This document shows positions 52,361 to 64,000 of a stretch of DNA of 64,000 bases, one piece after another. The position numbers were made by a program, and so were the translations under genes. The DNA comes from Octopus sinensis (Eukaryota), in NCBI RefSeq assembly GCF_006345805.1, contig NC_042999.1:133920001-133984000 (forward strand). The letters run 5' to 3'. Positions within the stretch are counted from its first letter, which is position 1; each line of letters starts with the position of its first letter. The notes under the pieces were generated by a model that was not told where the DNA came from, ran no database searches, and saw only the letters and a program-made list of their open reading frames with translations.

Positions 52361-52383
52361 AATAATAATAATAATAATAATAA

Positions 52384-52417
<34 letters not shown>

Positions 52418-52442
52418 TAATAATAATAATAATTAATCATAA

Positions 52443-52513
<71 letters not shown>

Positions 52514-52515
<2 letters not shown>

Positions 52516-53062
52516 GCCCTGATGCAGTACCAGGCAGTGGCTCTCATGGCTTCTGATCTTAACTGACTGGAAGTGTTATCATGTACATTGTTTTGTCTTG
52601 GTATAAAAGATGGGCTACAGCAAATATTCTGTTCATACCACAGGTTTGTTTTTGTCAGTTGTTTGACCTTAACCAGTTGAGCATGTCCCTTTGTGGCTGA
52701 CGATATGTGCATCTCTGATCACGAGCAGAAGTAGTGGGGGAGCATCATGGCCATGTGTTGAGAGGGATTTGGAGTTTGAATGGTTCACCTCTGGAAACAT
52801 AGGTGTTTCGTTCAACATCCTAAAGCAACCCTTATTCAGGGACCGTTTGAGCAGGATGGGCTACTCAACCTGAAGAAAAATTCTAACTGGGCCCACCTGC
52901 AAGGTCATGTGTTGTTTATCTGATATGAGATCACCATGTCGCGCACATATGGTTGTGATGCATGTGCTGGTGTACCTTTATCAGACGGGTAGTCATGATG
53001 GTATATTGGGCTTCGTATAATTCACCCCAGTGTCACTGTGAGCATGCACTGCTCTCTCACTC
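52514..53062. mobile_element. ~550-bp AAT-flanked element, copy 2 (full)
   Basis: aataa|atgccctgatgcagtaccaggc ... gctctctcactc|aataat. Confidence 0.88.
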
Positions 53063-53166
53063 AATAATAATAATAATAATAATAAGATAATAATAATAAT
53101 AATAATAATAATAATTAATAATAATAATAATTAATAATAATCATAATAATGATAATAATAATCATA

Positions 53167-53238
<72 letters not shown>

Positions 53239-53240
53239 TA

Positions 53241-53341
<101 letters not shown>

Positions 53342-53356
53342 TAATAATAATAATAT

Positions 53357-53391
<35 letters not shown>

Positions 53392-53440
53392 TAATAATTT
53401 AATTAATAATAAAATAATAATATAATAATAATAATAATAT

Positions 53441-53473
<33 letters not shown>

Positions 53474-53500
53474 AATAATAATAAAATAATTAATAATAAT

Positions 53501-53541
<41 letters not shown>

Positions 53542-53608
53542 TAATAATAATAAAATATAATAATAATTAATAATAATAATAATATAATAATGATAAAATA
53601 ATAATAAG

Positions 53609-53645
<37 letters not shown>

Positions 53646-53647
53646 TA

Positions 53648-53678
<31 letters not shown>

Positions 53679-53767
53679 TAATAATAATAATAAATAATAA
53701 TAATAATATAATAATAATAATAATAATAATTAATTATTATTAATAATAATAATAATAATAATCTATA

Positions 53768-53815
<48 letters not shown>

Positions 53816-53844
53816 TAATAATAATAATAATAATTAATAATAAA

Positions 53845-53878
<34 letters not shown>

Positions 53879-53909
53879 TAATAATTAATAATAATAATAA
53901 TAATTAATA

Positions 53910-53946
<37 letters not shown>

Positions 53947-53958
53947 TAATAATAATTA

Positions 53959-54006
<48 letters not shown>

Positions 54007-54008
54007 AA

Positions 54009-54044
<36 letters not shown>

Positions 54045-54099
54045 TAATAATAATAATAATAATAATTAATAATAATAATAAAATAATAATAATAATAAT

Positions 54100-54145
<46 letters not shown>

Positions 54146-54221
54146 TAATAATAATAATAATATAATAATAATAATAATAATTAATAATAATAATAATAAT
54201 AATAAAATAATAATATAATAG

Positions 54222-54290
<69 letters not shown>

Positions 54291-54365
54291 AATAATAATA
54301 ATAAGAGAAGAAGAAGAAGAGATTAATAATAATAAAATAATAATAATAATAATAATAATAATTAA

Positions 54366-54448
<83 letters not shown>

Positions 54449-54567
54449 TAATAATAATAATAATAATAATTAATAATAATATAATTAATAATAATAATAA
54501 TAATAATATAATAATAATAATAATAATAATAATATATAATAATAATAATAATAATATAATAATAATA

Positions 54568-54607
<40 letters not shown>

Positions 54608-54976
54608 ACGCGCAGCGGATAGCAAACAACATGGACCTTTGACAGCGAAACCATCACGAAACAGGAATTAAGAATCCGCAAAAACAATGAAAGAAAACTG
54701 TTTTAATGTAAGCCATCTCAGGAAACCAACAGATTTTTCTTATATATATATATATATATATTAAGAAAATAGCTTCCTTCAGATGTGCCACCACAGCAAC
54801 ATGTGCGTGAAAATGTAAACACATGGACTTCAATATTTCTTTACAAAAACTGCAAACCTATGAGTAAAACTTTAGTCACATATTAATCACATATGCCTCC
54901 ATTCTTATCTATTCAAACCCTCTCTCTATATATATATGCACTTTGCTGTCTTTTCTCGGACTCTCGCTTATATATC

Positions 54977-55022
<46 letters not shown>

Positions 55023-55062
55023 TAATAATAATAATAATAATAAAATAATAATAATAATAATA

Positions 55063-55225
55063 CTTACAAACACATATAACATACAGAAAATTGCACTACT
55101 AGGCACTGCACACATCCTACGCAGAACACTTTCCATACCATAACCATACCTAAGGCACATACCTAAGGCACACAGTGCTGCGCTCGGTAGTGAAGTGAAA
55201 GCACGCTATAAAAATAAAACTACTG
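55063..55225 (+). mobile_element. Severely 5'-truncated Dong/R4 copy in (AAT)n
   Basis: Encodes LTNTYNIQKIALLGTAHILRRTLSIP*, homologous to QKIVLTGTSHVLRRALSM* at 13715-13774; AAT repeats on both sides. Confidence 0.8.
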
Positions 55226-55289
55226 AATAATAATAATAATAATATCAACAACAACAACAACAACAACAATAATAATAATAATGATAATA

Positions 55290-55432
55290 GTCTTGGTATA
55301 AAAGATGAGCTACAGCAAATATTCTGCTTAATACCACAGATTTGCTTGTCAGTTGTTTGACCGTAACCAGTTGAGCACGTCCCTTGGTGGATGACAATAG
55401 ATGCATCTCTGATCAGGAGCAGAAGTAGTGGG
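55290..55432. mobile_element. AAT-flanked element, copy 3 (partial)
   Basis: Starts at gtcttggtataaaagatg, the same internal point as the copy 1 units. Confidence 0.8.
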
Positions 55433-55446
55433 CTGAATCAAACCAA

Positions 55447-55502
<56 letters not shown>

Positions 55503-55621
55503 CAACAACAATAATAATAATAATAATAATAGTAATAACAGTAATAATAACAATAATAATAATAGTAATAATATTGATAATAACAACAACAACAACAACA
55601 ATAACAATAGTAACAATAATA

Positions 55622-55681
<60 letters not shown>

Positions 55682-55683
<2 letters not shown>

Positions 55684-56234
55684 GCCCTGATGCAGTACCA
55701 GATAGTGGCTCTCATAGCTTCTGATCTTAACTGATTGAAAGTGTTATGTTCATTGTTTTGTCTTGGCATAAAAGATGGGTTACAGCAAATATTCTGCTCA
55801 ATACCACAGATTTGCTTGTCAGTCGTTTGACCTTAACTAGTTGACTATGTCCCTTAGTGACTGACGATGTCTGCATCTCTGATCATGAGCAGAAGTAGTG
55901 GGGGAGCATCATAGCCGTGTGTTGAAAGGAATTCTTAGAGGTTTGGATATTTCACTTTTGGAAACATCGGTGGTTCGTTTAACATTCTTAAACAATCTTT
56001 ATTCAGGGACCTTTTGAGCGGGATGGGCTACTCGACCAGAAGAAAATTCTAACTGGGCCCCACTTGCAAGGTCATACGCTGTTTATCTTGATATGAGATC
56101 ACCATGTCGCGCACATATGGTTGTGATGCATGTGCCTGGTGTACCCTTATCAGACGGGTAGTCATGATAGGTATAGTGGGTTTCGTATATTTCACCCCAG
56201 TCTCACTTTGATGGCATGCACAGCTCTCTTACTC
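55682..56234. mobile_element. AAT-flanked element, copy 4 (full)
   Basis: atgccctgatgcagtacc ... cagctctcttactc|aataat. Confidence 0.88.
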
Positions 56235-56308
<74 letters not shown>

Positions 56309-57572
56309 TGGTGATGATGATGATGATGATGATGGTCGTGGTGATGGTCGTGCTGGTGGTGGTGGTGGTGGTGGTGGTGGTGGTGGTAGTGATGGTGGTG
56401 GTGGTGGTGGTGGTGATGATGGCGATGGTGATGGCGATGGCGATGATGATGATGATGATGATGATGATGACGACGACGATGATGGAGACGACGACGACGA
56501 CGACGACGATACTAACAACAACAGTCAACATCAACTTCATCATTATCGCCACTAGGATTATCATTATTACTCACAGAAATATAATTACAATACTATCACT
56601 TTTAACTAGTTCACCACCAATCACTATTACCACCGAAAAGACCACAGCCATGAAAATCACAACCACTATCATGACACCCATCATACCACCAACACGACAA
56701 TCCCCAACACTACCACCACAGCCGCTACCAGCGTCACAATCACCAGTAACACCACCACCATCAACTCCGACAACGCTGGCACCATCCTCACCAACATCAT
56801 TACAACCGCCACTACATCTACCACACCATCATACCCATGACCGTCATCATCAATATCATCATCATATTCATCATCATAGGCAAGGGAAGCAGAAGAAGAA
56901 GCAGAATCGTCACAGTATCATTAATGTCGTAAAATTCTTCGCTTCATTTACTCATTCCTTCATTGTTCATTTGTCAGTAAGTTAGTTATAAACTAAATAA
57001 TTAGTTCCGCCACAACAACTTACATTTACTATATCAGTACTATATTTTACTGTTCGCGCCTCCGACGATTTATTTACCACAAAGAGTAAGTAAAAACCGA
57101 GCAAACAGGCGTACAACAATTTAGGTTAAATGGCGCCTGAATTTAATGTTTTCTTCTCAAATACCGATTGGAAGATGGCAGCCATTTTTTCTTTTAACAT
57201 CAATATATCACAGTGTCACAGACAAATTATTAGGAGATGTTACACACACACACACACCACACACACACACACAGATACATAATATATATATATATATATA
57301 TATACTTGTGTTTACAAATATGTATATATTCTTATACTTATATATAAATACATATTTACATATATAAATATATGCACACACATACGCACACGTATATGCG
57401 TACGAACACATACACATATATATAACTATATATGTGCATATGTATGTACTTGCATGTATATGTATGTACATACATACAAATGTATCTGTATATCTATAGA
57501 CACGTATATACATATACACTCACACATACATATATACAATATATGTGTGCATATATGTATATGTATGTATAC

Positions 57573-57632
<60 letters not shown>

Positions 57633-58060
57633 TATTATATAGAGAGAAGAGAGAGGAGAGAGAGAGAAAGAGCGAATAGAAAGAGAGAGACAGATGTATT
57701 CATATGTACATGTATATATGTATTCATGTATGTACATGTACTTCATTTTATGCATCCACTTCTGTGTTCATGCGCGTGCATGTGTGTGAGTGTGTGTATG
57801 TGTCTGAGTGTGTGTGTGTGTGTGTATGTGTGCGAGTGTGCGTGTATGTGCATGCGTGTGTGTGTGTGTGGGTGTGTGTGTTTTGGCGGGTGTGGGCTGT
57901 AAACATTTAAATGGTAATTTTGATTTATTTCCATACACACTACACACACAACAAACACCACCCTATTACGTTTGCTGGTGATTTAGCATGGGCATAGCCA
58001 TCGTCTTTGAAATGAAACTAATAAAATAAAAACAACAATACAGACTTGCTATATCAAAAT

Positions 58061-58136
<76 letters not shown>

Positions 58137-58167
58137 CCGATGCGTGCATACGTGTGTTTATATATAT

Positions 58168-58222
<55 letters not shown>

Positions 58223-58261
58223 TAAATAGATATATATATATGTGTCTGCATATACACGTAT

Positions 58262-58315
<54 letters not shown>

Positions 58316-58445
58316 CCTCACCTATATATATATAAACTTATATATATATATATATATTATATATATATATAAACCTTACGCCATCTATCTACCTGACAAT
58401 TTCTTGTTAAGTTTTCCTTATTAAGTAGTTGTCCTTAATTGCTAA

Positions 58446-58505
<60 letters not shown>

Positions 58506-58536
58506 GTATATATATTATATATATAGATAATATATT

Positions 58537-58593
<57 letters not shown>

Positions 58594-58595
58594 TG

Positions 58596-58686
<91 letters not shown>

Positions 58687-59912
58687 TGCCCCATGGACAC
58701 ACACAAACACACATGCAAATATAACAAAATATGGGGTATCTATTGCTATGTTTATAAGTTTTTTAAATTCCTTTCTTTTCTTACCCGAACTGATGGTCAC
58801 TTCACAAAATGGTTTCGTTGTGATTGAAATTCCATTCTGAGTTTCTCACAGGAAACTAATACCATCCATGGCTAAAAAAAAAATTCACACGGCTTTTCTT
58901 CCTTTTTTCTTTTATCTTCTTTTATTTTTTTGTCATGTCTGACTTTCTTCTCGGCATCAGATAATGATTGAGCTATAAATACACAGAGATCCCTACGCGG
59001 GATCTTTCTAGATATAGTTTATCTCTTGCATCATTCAACAGTAATTCACGAACGATTACCTCCAATGACGCTGCTTTAAACATACACAGCTGAGCGTTTG
59101 AACATTATCAGTTTTTATTCATCTTACAGAGAGCATATCTACTTTCGCTTCGTTTCACTCTTCCATCATTGCCGAATGATTTCTCGATTCTAAACGAAGG
59201 CTCAGATGACCTATCCTTGATCAGTCGTCGATTATAAGGCTTTTATATTTACTTCCAGGGAATGAATCTGAACGGTGTAACTTTCATCACAGATAAGACA
59301 ATCAACCTAACAGAAAAATATTTGTTATGAATTATATTGCACTGTTTTTTTTTTTCTACATTTTCCCTGTGACAATATGATTTTAAAAGATTAAATGCGT
59401 GTTTAACAAGTAATCTTGAAATGTGAAATATAGAATAACATGGCTAGAATAATGAACACTCACAGATGACAGGCATACGCACACATAACGCATGCAAACA
59501 TGTATACTTACACATGCACATAAATATATGCTACCGCACGTAGACAAATTAATACGAATATTCGCATAAACATATATATATTTACAAGCACTTATACATA
59601 GCGCATACGCACACCGAATTCTTTATGTTGCAGATTAAATAACTATATTTTGAAGCTTAAATATCCTTTAGTAAGTCATTTTTTCGTATCAGCTTTCCTT
59701 GCCACACAAAGTATCTAATATTCATATACTCAGAGATCCCCCTCTCCCACACCTTTGTTGCTAAGAGGCAACACTGGTTGGATTTATTAAGGAAAACAAG
59801 CAACATTATGTCTGTAAAATTTTAAAGGATTTGGTTTGCTAATTGGTTGTCCTGCAAATTCCGAAGATTTACAATAAATGAATGCGAGTGTGGCCTCTAT
59901 TATAATTTACAA

Positions 59913-59966
<54 letters not shown>

Positions 59967-59977
59967 ATAATATATAT

Positions 59978-60020
<43 letters not shown>

Positions 60021-60356
60021 TTGCTCGCGGAAGAACAGCAGTCAAGACTGATTGTGTGCCGTGAACTAAAAGAAAAGTTGGAAGTTGATCCGGACCTTTT
60101 TTTTTTCGAAGATCTTTACTATGGAATTTGCAGATGTGAAGGAGGTGGAGAAAAAAACGACGAAGGCATTAAAGGGCATCGCTTCACAAGAGTTACAGCA
60201 CTACTTCAAACGGTGGAAAACGCGTCTGGACCGATGCATTGCTTCAAATGGAGAATACTTTGAACGCGATTGTAAACATATAAAATTGTAAACATATAAA
60301 ACTAAGTGAATGAAATAATATTTCAAAATTCTTGTTTCTTTTGATACTCCCATCAT
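60021..60356 (+). mobile_element. Internally deleted mariner remnant
   Basis: LLAEEQQSRLIVCRELKEKLEVDPDLF joined directly to FADVKEVEKKTTKALKGI...RWKTRLDRCIASNGEYFE; the catalytic domain is missing. Confidence 0.75.
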
Positions 60357-60365
60357 ATATATACA

Positions 60366-61183
60366 TACAGGGGTTGGACAAAATAATGGAAACACCTAGC
60401 ATCATAGTATCATAATTTTGAAATATCTACAAAGTCGGATTTCATGGGAGGGCTGCAATCAGAAAACCACTACTTTCAAAAACAAATGTTGCAAAGCGTT
60501 TAGAATGGAGTAAAAACCTACAGAATGGGTCCCAAAAGCAGAGGAAGGATGTTATTTTCTCGGACTAGTCATCCTTTACCTTATTCCGACCACTGGCAGA
60601 GTATACGTGTGGAGACAGCCAAGAGAACCATGTGACTCAGACTGCTTTCTTTCAACTGTTAAACATAGAGGATGATCTGTGATGATCTGACGGGGGGCTA
60701 TATCTTGGAAATCCGCCGGCCCAATGGTTTCCCTTCATGGCAGAATTAATAACCAAGACTATTTAAGTATTTTATCTGACCAAATGCATCCTTTGGTTGC
60801 GGAACTGTTTCCGGGGGAAAACACAATCTTTCAGGATGATAATGCACCAATTCACACAGCTAAAGTTGTTACTGAATGGCACGAGGAACATTCTAGTGAA
60901 GTTGAACATTTTATTTGGCTACCACAGTCCCCAGATCTCACTGTTATTGAACATTTATGGTGCGTTTTAGAAAAACAAGTAAGGAGTCGATATCCTTCAC
61001 CATCATCACTACACGAACTGGAGACTGTTTTAGCTGAAGAATGGACAAAATTTCATTTGGAAACAATTCAAACTTTGTACCTCGTAGAATTCAAGTTGTA
61101 ATTACTGCGAAAGGTGGTCCTACCCCATATTAAAATAAATTTGAAATTTTAAGGTGTTTCCATCAATTTGTTCAACCCGTGTA
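60366..61183 (+). mobile_element. Internally deleted Tc1-like element with DD36E spacing (Incomer-type)
   Basis: TA TSDs; ~29-bp TIRs caggggttggacaaaataatggaaacacc / ggtgtttccatcaatttgttcaacccgtg; IFSD*SSF, FQDDNAPIH...PQSPDLTVIEHLW with 36 residues between D and E. Confidence 0.85.
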
Positions 61184-61213
61184 TGTGTGTATATATAGAT
61201 ACATACATACACA

Positions 61214-61269
<56 letters not shown>

Positions 61270-61397
61270 ATATATATAATATATATATATATAATTTAAT
61301 ATATATATAAATTAATTTTACTCTGCTATGTATTGAGTACCTTATTTACCGGGACCTACATATATATATATATTATATATATATATATATATATACA

Positions 61398-61555
61398 TAC
61401 GCCGGGCTTCTTTCAGATTCCGTCTACCAAATCCACTAACAAGCCTCTGTTCGATCCAAGGCTATAGTAGAAGATACTTGCCCAATGTGCCACGCAGAGG
61501 GATTGAACCCGGAACCATATAGTTGGGAACAAGCTTCCTCCTATGCAATCACACG
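61398..61555 (-). mobile_element. SINE family B head
   Basis: gggcttctttcagattccgtctaccaaatccact...gaagatacttgcccaa...gaacccggaacca. Confidence 0.75.
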
Positions 61556-61642
61556 CATATGTGTATATGTATGTTCGTGCATATGTGTCTATATACACAC
61601 ACATATACAGATACACATGTATTATATATGTATTACTGATAT

Positions 61643-61752
<110 letters not shown>

Positions 61753-63079
61753 ATATGTACGGTGTTTATTTTACTTTTTTCTTTACTAATTTCAGCTCGA
61801 GATTTTCTACATCTGAAGAATTTCGGTATAACCTAGAACTAGGATTGAGTGTTTCTCTGGAAATACACCGCGCGCGTGTGCGTGTGTGACTGTGTGTTTG
61901 TATATAAATACTTGTATTCATGCATGCATACATACATACATACATACATACATACATACATGCATACATACATACATGCATACATACATACATACATACA
62001 TACATACATACATACATACGTAAAATGAATGGCTTCTTTTATGAATGAGATGAAAGCGATTAATAACACAGGCCACACATAAACGAAGAAAAGACCATCA
62101 GTGCTTACTCAGTCTGTTATAATTGGATTGTATAGCGCAGCATGCATAATATCAGAAAGGAAAGTGGGATGTTCACAGCTGGAAAACCGTTAGTATTATG
62201 ATATTGTCCATCAATTTGTGACGTTGAGATAATATGTTGCTACCTAAATGCTATGCTGTGATGTGACATTCTGATATTCTGAAGTTATAAATGATGTTAT
62301 TGGCCTGTTCTGTAAGTGTGCGTGTGCATCTGTGTTGGCTTTTATGCTTATACCGGTTTATAAACAGTTATCATGTATGTTCTGAACGTTTAAGTACCAT
62401 AACAGGAGCTCGACAAATAGATACTGGGTACTGGAAGCGGGGTTGATATGATAATCAAAAACCTGGCATCAGGACAGGAGATTTACTGAAGCCAGCATCA
62501 AAATAAAATGAAAAATAAAAGAATACTCTAAACTCGTGTATTTGTGATGATGTAGTTTGAAATTGTGAAGTTGTGATGTCATGATACTGTTTTAGTCTTT
62601 TAAAGCCGAGCTGTCTTTGATAAGGAGTTACAATATCAGAAACGTCTATCAACATTTGAACTTAAATTAAACTCTGTAGATCAGTAATATCATGCCTGTC
62701 GCTAATCAGCGTATAAGATCCACATCAGATTTTCATACAAGCAGCATTCTTATAGATTTTTATTCCTTTACTTCTGCTGTGGCGCCGTCTTGAAGAGTTT
62801 AGGCAGATAAGCCGACCCCAGTGATTACATTTTTAAACTCTGATACTTATTCTATCACCTTCTTTTTGTCGAACTGGTAAGTTAGGAACGTAAATTAATC
62901 AAAACGGATCGTGAAACGATGGTGAAGGACAAATACACCGTCAATCATATATTATGTAGTAACGCATGCATGCATACTGTGTAGACACCCGTTGCGCGGG
63001 TGTATGTATGTGTGTGTGTATAAATACATACGTATATGCACACACACACAGACATACAAACGCACGCACACACATAAAA

Positions 63080-63370
63080 GCACGTGGGGCCTAGTGGTGA
63101 GGGTATTGCACGCACCATCGTCAGACCGCGGGTTCAATTTGTGGACTGTGCGGTTCCTTGTGTTCTTGAGCAAAACATTTTATCTCACGTAGCTCCAGTC
63201 CACTCAGCTGTAAATAGGCAAACCTGCATCGGAATAGCCTTCTGATTAGGGGCGGAATAGCCTTCTGATCAGCCAGCGTGTTGGGGTCATTGGAAAGCTA
63301 AAACGATGTGAAGTGAATTGTGACTAGCGATGTATAACAACATCCGATAGATGGACAATACCCTGATGTA
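63080..63370 (+). mobile_element. SINE family C
   Basis: gtggggcctagtggtgaggg...gggttcaatt...ttgtgttcttgagcaaaaca...gctccagtccactcagctg. Confidence 0.7.
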
Positions 63371-63714
63371 CACACACACGTACATATGTGTATATACACG
63401 CACACACACACACATATGTGTATATACACGTGCACACATACACACACATGACTTGTTTCCACACAGCTTCCTTCTAGAAAATTTTCTCATAAGGTCGTTG
63501 GTTGGTGCAGGGTTTAGTAGGAAACACTTGCTTAATGCGCTGTGCAGTGGAACTGAACACGAAACCTCGAGGTGGTGAATCGAACTTCTTCATCATACAG
63601 CTATGACTATTCCTATAAGCAATACCAGCGTTATAACGTTGTATAAGCAGGTAAAGGAAATCCAACACAGGAAATTAACATACAATACGGCAGATAGTAC
63701 ATAGCTACAAAGTA

Positions 63715-63889
63715 CAGTTCCATATTTAAGAGATGAGGAACTATGTACATTATTTACATTTGACGGATATTTGTCCTCATCATGTTTGTTGTTAACAACG
63801 TTTCGGCTGATATACGCTCCACCCTTTATCAGTTGTCTTGGGGAAATTTTGAACAAGGGTTGTCATTCCTAAGGTATTTTTCGATGTTA

Positions 63890-63953
<64 letters not shown>

Positions 63954-64000
63954 ATTATTATTATTATTCAAGTCACTGCCTGGAATCGAAATCGGTATCT
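63715..64000 (-). mobile_element. Hammerhead-bearing short repeat, copy C (core decayed to CTGATAA, internal (ATT)n expanded)
   Basis: Homologous to 8320-8512; runs to the window end. Confidence 0.8.

Overview
Gene-poor, repeat-saturated animal genomic DNA. The SINE families, the Dong/R4, Tx1, RTE and Penelope content and the extreme microsatellite load suggest an octopus-type cephalopod (inference, not a database match). I found no host protein-coding gene I can support; nearly all short ORFs in the track are microsatellite translations. Recognisable elements: (1) a Tx1/L1-clade LINE (1-3170, minus) and a 5'-truncated sibling (48278-49820) flanked on both sides by (TATC)n; (2) a near full-length R4/Dong RLE retrotransposon (about 10040-13957) ending in (TAA)n; (3) a 4.6-kb (AAT)n array holding four copies of a ~550-bp non-coding element and a Dong 3' fragment; (4) Penelope RT/GIY-YIG remnants; (5) Tigger, mariner, a DD36E Tc1 element, a Tc1 MITE, a Helitron and many tRNA-derived SINEs. 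The most striking pattern is a set of minimal type I hammerhead ribozyme motifs from several unrelated sequence families. They repeatedly sit inside or at the fold-back point of inverted-repeat cassettes next to (TA)n or (AAT)n tracts, and one carries a compensatory U3-A8 core. All structures were parsed by eye; none was tested computationally.
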